Part shown: positions 10,503-19,508 of the stretch, in pieces
Layout: every line of letters starts with the position of its first letter
How positions within the stretch are numbered: position 1 is the first letter of the stretch
Assembly (NCBI GenBank): GCA_964424225.1
Contig: CAYRID010000004.1
Location: 1 to 53,949 of the forward strand
Reading direction: 5' to 3'
From: an uncultured Geobacter sp.
GTDB taxonomy: Bacteria; Myxococcota_A; UBA9160; JADFDR01
DNA: 53,949 nt
Notes under the pieces: model-generated
What the model saw: the letters and a program-made list of their open reading frames with translations, nothing else
The model's database searches: none
Told to the model about the DNA's origin: nothing
Program-made: the position numbers and the translations under genes

Positions 10503-12896
10503 ATGTCGAGAGTGTCGATGCGCGCTAGTTCGTCTCAAACGAAAGCGAAGGGAGAAACTTCGCGTCACTCGCTTGCGGCGCACGCGACTTCGGAAGCAGT
10601 GGGAGTCCTGCTCGTCTTTTTGGCGTTGCTCGCAGGGCTTGCGCTTGCAAGCTACAACCCCGCAGATCCGCTCTGGACGTGGGTGAGTGTTTCAAATCGC
10701 GCCGGAATCGTGGGTGCCCATCTCGCCGCAATTTTGTTTCACACGGTGGGCGCGGGTTCGATGGTGATCGTCGGTGTGCTCGCCACGATGGGCATCCGTC
10801 TTCTCATGGGCCGAGATATACCCGATTTGGTGTCGCGTTTTTGGCTGGGTAGCGCTGCGCTCTTGCTTGCAATCGCTACGTTGCCGGTCGTGCTCGCGAA
10901 ATTTGCACCGGAGACATTTTCGGCCGCACAAGGTGGTTGGCTTGGCCAAAATGCAGCGGCCTTGCAAGTGAAGCTCGTGAGCGAGTGGGGCAGTTTCCTT
11001 TTTAATTTTGGCTGTTTCTTTTTTGGCGTCTTTGCGCTGCTTGGCATTTCGAGCCAAGACGCGCTTACAAAAATCGGGCATGCGACACGTATCAGCGCGA
11101 GTCGCACCATGGCGGCATTGGTGTTTTTAGCACGATCTTTTTCGGTGTTACACCAAAAAGTGCAGCAGGTAGTGCAGGGTCTTGAAGTTTGGCGTGAGCG
11201 CCGTGCGCGGCTGGCGCGCGTTGCAGAGGCGCGGGAGAAAGAACAACTCTCGTATGCTGCGGAAGCTTCGGCGCCGAAGTTCGACACGGAGACTGCCGAA
11301 GCACGCAAGGCGGTGCCTGCATCGGTGCCGCAAATTCAAATCGTCGATCACGCTGCCGAGGCCAAGGCTCCCAAAAAACCCAAGCAGGTTACGTTCACTT
11401 TTTCGGATCACAAATCAGGAATTGCGTACGAGTTGCCCAACCTCGACTTGTTCCAATCACCACCCCCTGCGACGCGTGCCGTCGATCGCGAGAGCTTGAT
11501 CATGCGCTCGCGTATTGTCGAAAAGAAGCTCCGCGACTTCGGTGTCGAGGGACGCGTGGAAACCGTGCATCCTGGCCCCGTCATTACGATGTATGAGTTC
11601 GAGCCGGCACCCGGTGTGAAAGTAAACAAAATTGTGTCGCTATCCGATGACTTGGCCTTGGCGCTGCGCGCGCTTTCGATTCGAATCGTGGCACCGATTC
11701 CGGGGAAATCGGTCGTCGGGATCGAAGTGCCGAATGTGGATCGTGAGACGGTGTATATTCGTGAGGGCTTTGAGTCGGAGACTTTTCGCGACGCCGATGC
11801 CGCATTGCCGCTTTTTATGGGAAAAAATATTTTTGGTGAATCGGTCACGGCGGATCTTGCGAAGATGCCGCATTTGCTCGTGGCCGGCGCTACGGGCACC
11901 GGTAAGAGTGTTTTCCTAAATTCGCTGATTTGTTCGCTGCTTTGCCGTCGTACTCCAGACGAATTGAAGCTCTTGCTGGTCGATCCCAAGCTGCTTGAAC
12001 TTTCCATTTATGAGGATATTCCGCACCTCATTGCAGAAGTGGTCACGAATCCCAAGCGCGCCGCCGCAGCCCTACACGGAATTGTGATAAAAATGGAAGA
12101 GCGTTATCGCAAAATGGCGGCGCTGGGCGTGCGCAACATTCAGCAATACAACGAGCGCGTCGACCAAGAACTCAAGGCCGGCAACAAAACATTCAAGTTG
12201 AAAGGCAAGCCTGGAGAAGAGGACGAAGAGGCTGCGTTCGAGCGCATTCCGTACATTGTTGTCGTGATCGATGAGCTTGCCGACTTGATGATGGTCTCGG
12301 CGCGCGATGTGGAAGAAGCGTTGCAACGCTTGGCGCAGATGGCACGGGCCGCAGGCATTCATCTCGTGTTGGCGACGCAGCGTCCAAGCGTCGATGTGCT
12401 GACGGGCGTAATCAAAGCGAATTTTCCGTCGCGCGTTGCGTTTCAAGTGTCGTCGAAAATCGATTCACGCACGATCTTGGATCAAAACGGAGCGGAGCAG
12501 TTGCTTGGTCAAGGCGACATGCTTTTCTTGCCGCCGGGCACATCCAAAATTCAACGCATCCACGGTTCATTCATTTCGGAGAAGGAAGTCAAGAAGCTCG
12601 TCGAATTCTTGATCAAGCAAGGCAAGCCGGACTACGACGCAGAAATTATGAATGCGAAGCCGGCTTCGGAAGTGCGCGCCGAGCCGGGTGAGGAGGCCGA
12701 CGAACTTTACGATCAAGCGATCGCGATCGTCGCGGAGTCGCGCAATGCTTCGATTTCGCATTTGCAGCGCCGCTTGAAAGTCGGCTACAACCGCGCAGCG
12801 CGAATGATCGAACAAATGGAAGCCGAAGGCGTCATAGGTCCGCAGGTCGGCAGTAAATCGCGCGAAGTTTTCGTACAAGATCATCACGCTGACTAA
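10503..12896 (+). CDS. ftsK: DNA translocase FtsK/SpoIIIE
   Basis: N-terminal TM helices, PHLLVAGATGTGKS (Walker A), IDELADLM, ARAAGIHLVLATQRPS, gamma domain LQRRLKVGYNRAAR. Start uncertain (frame open from 10359). Confidence 0.95.
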   Translation: MSRVSMRASSSQTKAKGETSRHSLAAHATSEAVGVLLVFLALLAGLALASYNPADPLWTWVSVSNRAGIVGAHLAAILFHTVGAGSMVIVGVLATMGIRLLMGRDIPDLVSRFWLGSAALLLAIATLPVVLAKFAPETFSAAQGGWLGQNAAALQVKLVSEWGSFLFNFGCFFFGVFALLGISSQDALTKIGHATRISASRTMAALVFLARSFSVLHQKVQQVVQGLEVWRERRARLARVAEAREKEQLSYAAEASAPKFDTETAEARKAVPASVPQIQIVDHAAEAKAPKKPKQVTFTFSDHKSGIAYELPNLDLFQSPPPATRAVDRESLIMRSRIVEKKLRDFGVEGRVETVHPGPVITMYEFEPAPGVKVNKIVSLSDDLALALRALSIRIVAPIPGKSVVGIEVPNVDRETVYIREGFESETFRDADAALPLFMGKNIFGESVTADLAKMPHLLVAGATGTGKSVFLNSLICSLLCRRTPDELKLLLVDPKLLELSIYEDIPHLIAEVVTNPKRAAAALHGIVIKMEERYRKMAALGVRNIQQYNERVDQELKAGNKTFKLKGKPGEEDEEAAFERIPYIVVVIDELADLMMVSARDVEEALQRLAQMARAAGIHLVLATQRPSVDVLTGVIKANFPSRVAFQVSSKIDSRTILDQNGAEQLLGQGDMLFLPPGTSKIQRIHGSFISEKEVKKLVEFLIKQGKPDYDAEIMNAKPASEVRAEPGEEADELYDQAIAIVAESRNASISHLQRRLKVGYNRAARMIEQMEAEGVIGPQVGSKSREVFVQDHHAD

Positions 12897-12944
12897 TCGT
12901 TTTTACATTGTCGCACGTAATTTGCGCGCTTCGGGAGTGTCGCT

Positions 12945-13634
12945 ATGCGAATTGTCGCTTTTTTGTGTATGATGCTTGCGGTGTCGATGGCGTCGGCCGA
13001 CGTAGGAGCGAAACCCAGTGCTCCCGGGTCGGGTTGTGCTGTCGAAAACGCGCGTCGCGTACAAAATTATTACAATGCCATTTCAGATCTCGTTGCCGAC
13101 TTTGAGCAGAAGTCCGAAGTCGCATCTTTGGCAGGAAAGTCTTTGGGCGGCGGGGAGAGTCGCGGCGAGGTGACGCTCGCAAAACCCGGCAAGATGCGTT
13201 GGCGTTATGTGAACTCCGACGGAAGCGACGCGAGTCTTGTCGTGAGCGATGGGAAAGTGCTTTGGATTTATGATCTCGCTGCGCGCGAAGCTCAGCGCTT
13301 TTCCGTCGAAGAAGGTTTTTTGTCGGGTGCGGCCATGCAATTTTTATTTGGCGAAGGTGATCTTTTGCAATCGTTTGTGGTGACGAGCAAAAGCTGTGTA
13401 TCGCCGGTGGTGCTATCGCTCGTTCCGCGCGAAGCGGCGACGTATGAAAAACTCGAACTCGAGGTTGATGCAAAGACCGGGCAAGTGATTGAGAGTGCAG
13501 TTTTCGACATCGTTGGGAACGTGACGCGCGTTCGCTTTGCAAATTTGCGGATTAATCAAAAACCGAAGGCGCAGGTTTTTTCATTTGATCCACCCAAGGG
13601 CGTGCGTGTCCTTGAGGCGCTGCCTGCATTTTAA
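12945..13634 (+). CDS. lolA: Outer-membrane lipoprotein carrier LolA family
   Basis: Signal peptide, KPGKMRWRY, VSDGKVLWIYD, FSFDPPKGV; directly downstream of ftsK as in many diderms. Confidence 0.85.
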   Translation: MRIVAFLCMMLAVSMASADVGAKPSAPGSGCAVENARRVQNYYNAISDLVADFEQKSEVASLAGKSLGGGESRGEVTLAKPGKMRWRYVNSDGSDASLVVSDGKVLWIYDLAAREAQRFSVEEGFLSGAAMQFLFGEGDLLQSFVVTSKSCVSPVVLSLVPREAATYEKLELEVDAKTGQVIESAVFDIVGNVTRVRFANLRINQKPKAQVFSFDPPKGVRVLEALPAF

Positions 13635-13672
13635 TTTTTACGTCACCTTCGGACGCAATTTTTGTTCTACTC

Positions 13673-13713
13673 TGCAACGGTTGTTGCATTTTTTGCGGAG
13701 TACTCCGTTTTTT
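13673..13713 (+). terminator. Two tandem intrinsic-terminator-like hairpins after lolA
   Basis: tgcaac-ggtt-gttgca (13673-13688) plus T6, then palindrome cggagtactccg (13696-13707) plus T6. Confidence 0.45.
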
Positions 13714-14168
13714 GTCATGCAGAATACAAATTTCGGCATAACGCCATTTTTCGTCTTTTTCGAAACGTCAGTTTTTCAACCTAGACGTCAACTTTACGGC
13801 AATTTATTGGCATCTTTGCTCCATCAATTTGCAATGGGAAGGCAGTTCAGCGCCCAACACATTGTTCTAAAACTTTTTTTGAATTGAATAGTAGTTTTTG
13901 AAACGCTTCTTACAAAGCTTGGTTCCGCTTTCTGTGCTTGCTCGGCAGGGAAAAGGTTTTTGCGTGTTCAATCCACTTCAAAATGAAGCAAGAAACTCAC
14001 TGTGCGCGTTCGTTTTATACAATTGTTTCGACGGTGATTTCAGTTGCGGCATGCGCCTTGCAGCGTGCAACAATGCAGGTGCTCTCACCTGGAAGATGTA
14101 GGCAATAACGCTTGGCATCATCGTTCGAGGCGAGCACGAGCAGTCGGGCCACTCGACGGGAGGCAGCA

Positions 14169-16013
14169 ATGAGTGAATCGGATTCGCAGTCGGATGCAAA
14201 AGGTTTTGTGCGCGATGTTATGCGGCGAATTTCGACGACTACCGAGGGAGAGGCTTTGCAGTCGGATGCTGGTCGCGAACAGGCGGCGAGCGGCTTGTTG
14301 CGCGCGGAGATCGAAGGGATCCAAGAGGCCGTGCGCTTTTACGGCGGCGATTCCATCGAAGTGCGCCGCAAGTTGAATCGCATCCTTGCAGAAACAGAGT
14401 CAATTCGGCGCCGATACGAAATCGGTCGTGATCGACTGGTCGATGCCGAGCGTCAGAATGAAAAACTCGTCGCGGCATTGCACGAAGCGAAACAACAGAT
14501 CGAGGCCTTACGCGAAGAAGTCGACAAGCTTTGCACGCCGCCAAATACCTATGGAATTTTCGTGAAGGCGAATGACGACGCCACGGTTGAAATCATGGCC
14601 GACGGACGTCCGATGCGTGTGCACTTACATCCGAGTGTGAACGTGGAGGAATTGCGCGAGGGCCAATACGTCGTGCTCAATGAAGCCTTCAATGTGATCG
14701 AGCCGGGAACGTTTACGAAGCGCGGTGAGATTGCGAAGGTCGTCGACGTTTCGCTTGAGGATCGACGCGTGATCGTGGTGGGACATGCCGACGAAGAGAA
14801 AGTGCTTAGCCTCTCCAAGCCGCTCTTTGAAGAGAAAGTTCGCGTCGGCGATCACTTGCTCTACGATCCTCGTTCGCAATTCGCTTTCGAGAAAATGCCG
14901 AAGTCTGCCGTCGAAGAAGTGAACCTCGAAGAGGTGCCGGATGTTTCGTACGACGACATTGGTGGTTTGGGTGAACAAATTGAAGTGTTGCGCAATGCAA
15001 TCGAGTTGCCGTATCTACACCCGGAAGTGTTCCGTGAGTACAAGCTTTCGCCGCCCAAGGGTATTTTGCTCTACGGTCCGCCAGGCTGCGGCAAGACGAT
15101 GATTGCGAAGGCGGTGGCCAATGCACTTTCGAAGAGTATCGAAGAGCGCACGGGCAAGCCGACGCCGGCGTACTTCCTGAATGTGAAAGGTCCGGAGTTG
15201 CTCAACAAGTACGTCGGTGAGACCGAGCACAAACTGCGCGAGGTGTTTCGCAAGGCGCGCGAGAAGGCGAGCGAAGATGTTCCGGTCGTGATCTTCTTCG
15301 ATGAGATGGATTCACTCTTTCGCATGCGCGGATCGGGTGTGTCATCGGACATGGAAGCGACGGTGGTGGCGCAGTTTTTGTCGGAAATCGACGGTGTTGA
15401 ATCACTCAAAAATGTGATCGTGATTGGAGCGAGTAATCGCCAAGACTTGATTGATCCGGCGGTGCTTCGCCCTGGTCGCCTCGATTTGAAGGTGAAGGTA
15501 ATGCGCCCGGATGCGACGGCTGCGCGTGAAATTTTCATGAAGTATTTGACGACGGATCTTCCGTTTCATGCGTCGGCGTTGCAGAAATACGGCGGTGATC
15601 TTGAGAAGGTTGCCAAGGGCTTGGTAGAAGACACGATCGAAGTGATGTATGCCGAGGGTGAAGAGAATAAATTCCTTGAAGTCACCTACGCCAAGGGCGA
15701 GCGCGAGATCTTTTATTTCAAAGATTTTGCGAGTGGGGCCATGATTGAAAACATCGTGGCACGTGCAAAGAAGAAAGCAGTGCGACGCTTTATTGAGCAC
15801 GGCGAAGTGGGTGTGAAGTTGAGCGATTTGCTTGAATCCGTGCGCGAAGAGTTCAAAGAGAACGAAGATTTGCCGAACACGACGAATCCGGACGACTGGG
15901 CGCGGATCTCGGGCAAGAAGGGCGAGCGCATCATCAATGTGCGCACTTTGATGCAGAAGGTGAGCCGCAACGAGCGAAGCATCGAAAATATTTCGTCGGG
16001 TCAGTACCTCTAG
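14169..16013 (+). CDS. arc: Proteasome-associated AAA+ ATPase ARC/Mpa
   Basis: Coiled coil ending in TPP, OB domains, Walker A GPPGCGKT, LNVKGPELLNKYVGETE, Walker B IFFDEMD, SRH ASNRQDLIDPAVLRPGRLD, C-terminal proteasome-gating motif GQYL. SD GGGAGG before ATG 14169. Confidence 0.96.
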   Translation: MSESDSQSDAKGFVRDVMRRISTTTEGEALQSDAGREQAASGLLRAEIEGIQEAVRFYGGDSIEVRRKLNRILAETESIRRRYEIGRDRLVDAERQNEKLVAALHEAKQQIEALREEVDKLCTPPNTYGIFVKANDDATVEIMADGRPMRVHLHPSVNVEELREGQYVVLNEAFNVIEPGTFTKRGEIAKVVDVSLEDRRVIVVGHADEEKVLSLSKPLFEEKVRVGDHLLYDPRSQFAFEKMPKSAVEEVNLEEVPDVSYDDIGGLGEQIEVLRNAIELPYLHPEVFREYKLSPPKGILLYGPPGCGKTMIAKAVANALSKSIEERTGKPTPAYFLNVKGPELLNKYVGETEHKLREVFRKAREKASEDVPVVIFFDEMDSLFRMRGSGVSSDMEATVVAQFLSEIDGVESLKNVIVIGASNRQDLIDPAVLRPGRLDLKVKVMRPDATAAREIFMKYLTTDLPFHASALQKYGGDLEKVAKGLVEDTIEVMYAEGEENKFLEVTYAKGEREIFYFKDFASGAMIENIVARAKKKAVRRFIEHGEVGVKLSDLLESVREEFKENEDLPNTTNPDDWARISGKKGERIINVRTLMQKVSRNERSIENISSGQYL

Positions 16014-16045
16014 GAGGATCGCGGACGCGCAAAGCTGGAGTGGAA

Positions 16046-17530
16046 ATGTCGATTCCGAAAGTGATGGGAACAGAGATCGAATTTGGAATTACCGTCAAGA
16101 ACGATCGTGACTTTGATCCCATATCCAGTTGTGTGTTACTCGTAAATGCGTATCGCGAAGATCATATCGGAAAAATTCTCTGGGATTACGATCAAGAAGA
16201 CCCGCTGGTCGACGCGCGCGGCTTCCAAGTCGACGGCGAGAAGTATACGCCGAATCAGCAAGAGAATATTGCGCGCAACAAAACACTCGTGAACGGTGCG
16301 CGCTATTACGTCGATCACGCACATCCTGAATATTCTTGCCCGGAAGTGACGAACGCGCGCGATTTGGTGATCCATGAAAAAGCGGGTGAGCGCATTATCG
16401 AGCTAAGCCGTCGCGAAGCCAATCGCATGCTCGACCCCAATTCGCCAATTTTGATCTACAAGAACAACAGCGATCGCAAAGGCAATAGTTATGGATCGCA
16501 CGAGAACTATCTCGTCGATCGCAAAATTGCGTTTAAGCAAATCGTTGAACATCTCATGCCATTCTTTGTGTCGCGCCAAATTTTCGCCGGTGCAGGAAAG
16601 GTGGGTAGCGAAAATCGAGCGGAGCCTTGCGACTATCAAATTTCGCAACGTGCCGATTTTTTTGAAGTCGAAGTTGCGCTCGACACGATGGTGAAGCGAC
16701 CGATCATCAATACGCGTGACGAGCCGCATGCGGATCGTGAAAAATACCGTCGCTTGCATGTGATCGTGGGCGATTCGAATATGAGCGAGTACACGATTTA
16801 CCTACGCAATGGTGTGACGGCGTTGATTTTGTCGATGATTGAAGACGGTGCAATCAAGCGCGATCTCGCGCTGCGTGATCCAGTGCAGGCAATTCGTCGA
16901 ATTTCTCATGACCCAAGCTGCAAGCGCAAGGTATTGCTCGAGCGCGGCGTCGAACTTACAGCGGTTGAGATTCAGCAAGAATACTTCGAGCTTGCGCTTG
17001 CGTATGCAGCGTCGCACGAACTTGATGTTGTGACGCGCGATGTTTTGCAAAAATGGGGTGAAGTGCTTGAGGCGTTAGCGCGTGATCCAATGGAATTGAG
17101 CGCGAAGATTGATTGGGTCATCAAAAAAGCGATGATCGAAAGTTTTATGCAGAAAAAAAATCTCGATTGGGATTCTCCACAGGTGAGTTTGCTTGATCTG
17201 CAATATCACGATGTTCGCCCCGACAAGGGTTTATACTTTTTGCTTGAGCGCCAAGGGCGTGTTGAGCGCATCGTGACCGACGATGAAATCATGGCGGCAA
17301 TTCACAACGCACCGGAAGACACGCGTGCGTATTTTCGTGGTGAGTGCTTGAAGCGATACGGTTCGCACGTTTTTGGCGTAAACTGGGATTCGATTTCGTT
17401 TGGAGTCGGCGACGAGCCGATCAAACGTGTCATGATGGTGGAACCTTTGAAAGGCACCAAAGCGCATGTCGAAGAACTCTTTCGTTCTTCACCGAAAGTT
17501 TCAGATCTTGTAAAAAATCTGCGGGCGTAA
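16046..17530 (+). CDS. dop: Depupylase / deamidase Dop
   Basis: MGTEIEFG, Dop-loop WDYDQEDPLVDARGF, Dop-type YVDHAHPEYS, SYGSHENY, NTRDEPHAD, RLHVIVGD, EPLKGTKAHV. Confidence 0.92.
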   Translation: MSIPKVMGTEIEFGITVKNDRDFDPISSCVLLVNAYREDHIGKILWDYDQEDPLVDARGFQVDGEKYTPNQQENIARNKTLVNGARYYVDHAHPEYSCPEVTNARDLVIHEKAGERIIELSRREANRMLDPNSPILIYKNNSDRKGNSYGSHENYLVDRKIAFKQIVEHLMPFFVSRQIFAGAGKVGSENRAEPCDYQISQRADFFEVEVALDTMVKRPIINTRDEPHADREKYRRLHVIVGDSNMSEYTIYLRNGVTALILSMIEDGAIKRDLALRDPVQAIRRISHDPSCKRKVLLERGVELTAVEIQQEYFELALAYAASHELDVVTRDVLQKWGEVLEALARDPMELSAKIDWVIKKAMIESFMQKKNLDWDSPQVSLLDLQYHDVRPDKGLYFLLERQGRVERIVTDDEIMAAIHNAPEDTRAYFRGECLKRYGSHVFGVNWDSISFGVGDEPIKRVMMVEPLKGTKAHVEELFRSSPKVSDLVKNLRA

Positions 17531-17551
17531 TGCTCGGAGAGGAGAAAGACC

Positions 17552-17833
17552 ATGAAGTGGATCGAAAAAAAACCAACTCGTGAGGAAGTCACCGATTTGC
17601 GTTTTGGCACTTTGGGCATTGTGGCGGCGGCGGAAGGCGGACAAGAACAAAAGAAGCGCAGTGGCGGCGGCGAGGGCTCCGATGCTGACAAGAGTGACGG
17701 TGGGCAGAAGCTCAAAAAGAAAGGCGATGAACTCAAAGAAGAGATGGATGATCTTGTTAGTGAAATTGACGATTTGCTCGAAGAGAATGCCGAAGAGTTT
17801 GTCAAGAATTACGTGCAGCGCGGCGGGGAATAA
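17552..17833 (+). CDS. pup: Prokaryotic ubiquitin-like protein Pup (93 aa, C-terminal GGE)
   Basis: C-terminus EMDDLVSEIDDLLEENAEEFVKNYVQRGGE closely matches actinobacterial Pup (M. tuberculosis ...DEIDDVLEENAEDFVRAYVQKGGQ). Strong SD GGAGAGGAG; sits between dop and prcB. Confidence 0.93.
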   Translation: MKWIEKKPTREEVTDLRFGTLGIVAAAEGGQEQKKRSGGGEGSDADKSDGGQKLKKKGDELKEEMDDLVSEIDDLLEENAEEFVKNYVQRGGE

Positions 17834-17934
17834 CGAGGCGTTTTTAGTCAACACATTTTTGCGCTTAACATCAGAAAGTGTTGTCTGAAAAAATTAAGTA
17901 GACGAGTGAGCGATCAAAAGGGAAGGGAGAGGCG

Positions 17935-18732
17935 GTGTATTTCGATTTTGGGGGCAAGTACGCGGGTTCGAGTTTCTTTGAGCTTCTCGACCAAGATTTT
18001 CCGCATCTCAAAGTTGATTTTCAACGCTTGCTCAAGCAAAGCAGCGGCGAAATTTCTGTGCCGCACGGTACGACGGTACTTGGACTCAAATATCGCGAGG
18101 GTGTGCTCGTTGCCGGAGATCGCCTGGCGACCGAGGGACACCGCGTTGCGTCGCGCGATGTGCAAAAGGTTTACAGCACTGACGAATTTTCCTTGATGGC
18201 CATCGCGGGTGCGGCGGGCCCGTGTATCGAGATGGCGCGCTTGCTGCGTGTCGAGCTTGAGCATTATGAAAAGATCGAAGGTGCTCCGCTCGAGCTTGAC
18301 GGAAAAGCCAACAAACTTTCACAGATGATCCGCGCGAATTTACCGGCGGCGATGCAAGGCTTGGTCGTTGTGCCAATTTTTGCGGGCTATGACCAGCGAC
18401 GCGCGACGGGTCGTGTTTGGAAGTACGACATCACCGGCGGTCGTTATGAAGAAACCGAGTACGAGACTTCGGGTTCAGGTGGTTTGTTTGCCAAGGATTC
18501 GCTCAAGAAGTCGTACAAACCCGGTGCGACGCAAGAGGAAGCCATCGCGATGGCGATCGAAGCTTTAACCGATGCGGCCGATGATGATCGCGCTACCGGC
18601 GGTGTCGACTTGCAACGCGGTATTTATCCAATTTTGAAAACGTGCTCGGCGCAAGGTTGCAAAAATGTGTCGGAAGAAATGATTGCGCAGATTTATCGTG
18701 ATTTGATGAGTCGCCGCGCCGGAGGACGCTAA
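17935..18732 (+). CDS. prcB: 20S proteasome beta subunit (45-aa propeptide, catalytic Thr1 at 18070)
   Basis: Propeptide with GSSFFELL, cleavage site PHG|TTVLG, AGDRLATEG, IAGAAG, GSGGLFA, TGGVDLQRGIYP. Confidence 0.95.
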   Translation: MYFDFGGKYAGSSFFELLDQDFPHLKVDFQRLLKQSSGEISVPHGTTVLGLKYREGVLVAGDRLATEGHRVASRDVQKVYSTDEFSLMAIAGAAGPCIEMARLLRVELEHYEKIEGAPLELDGKANKLSQMIRANLPAAMQGLVVVPIFAGYDQRRATGRVWKYDITGGRYEETEYETSGSGGLFAKDSLKKSYKPGATQEEAIAMAIEALTDAADDDRATGGVDLQRGIYPILKTCSAQGCKNVSEEMIAQIYRDLMSRRAGGR

Positions 18733-19433
18733 TGTCGGTCCCCTTTTATGTTTCTCCCGAACAACTCATGGCCGACAAGGCCGAATATGCGCGCAAAGGC
18801 ATTGCGCGCGGCAAGTCGATCGTGGCTTTGGAGTACGCAGCAGGCATCGCGCTGGTTGCGGAAAACCGCTCGGCACATCTTTCGAAAATTGGAGAAATTT
18901 ACGATCGCTTGGCGTTCGCGGGCGTTGGCCGTTTTAGCGAGTTCGATCAGCTACGAAAAATCGGAGTCCGTTACGCCGACGTGAAAGGTTATGGCTATAG
19001 CCGTGAAGACGTGCGTGGCAAAGCGCTTGCGAATGCTTATTCGCAAGCGATTGGTGATGTGTTTACGCGTGAGATGAAGCCGCTCGAAGTGGAGATCGTC
19101 GTTGCGGAAGTTGGCACCGACGAGCTTGCTGGGCAGGAAGAAAATTCTTTGTATCGAATTCAGTTTGACGGAAGCATCGTTGACCACGACGGCTACTGCG
19201 TGATTGGCGGCAACGTCGAGAATATCGAGCAACACTTGCGTGCGAATTATCGCGAGCATCTCTCCCTTGGGGAGGCGATCAAAATGGCGAAGGCGGCGCT
19301 TGAGTGTGCGAGTGCAAATCATGAAGCGATCGCACCGCAACATCTCGAAATTTGTATTTTGGATCGCGAGCGTGCGGGGCGAAAGTTTCGCCGTCTGACG
19401 GCCGATGAGATAAGCAATATTCTGGGCTCCTGA
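18732..19433 (+). CDS. prcA: 20S proteasome alpha subunit
   Basis: MSVPFYVSPEQLMADKAEYARKGIARGKS, KIGEIYDR, YSREDVRG, KPLEVE, LDRER...RKFRRL; ATG overlaps the prcB stop (TAATG). Confidence 0.95.
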   Translation: MSVPFYVSPEQLMADKAEYARKGIARGKSIVALEYAAGIALVAENRSAHLSKIGEIYDRLAFAGVGRFSEFDQLRKIGVRYADVKGYGYSREDVRGKALANAYSQAIGDVFTREMKPLEVEIVVAEVGTDELAGQEENSLYRIQFDGSIVDHDGYCVIGGNVENIEQHLRANYREHLSLGEAIKMAKAALECASANHEAIAPQHLEICILDRERAGRKFRRLTADEISNILGS

Positions 19434-19508
19434 GGTGCACACCCGGCTGCGTAGTTTGGGTGCGCGTTGTTACCAAGCCCACAAATCAGGCCGCAAAGAA
19501 GAAAGACC

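Noticed and set aside
17552-17833. Calling the small modifier UBact
   Set aside because: The C-terminal 30 residues follow the Pup pattern (IDDLLEENAEEFV..YVQ.GGE), not the UBact pattern as I recall it.
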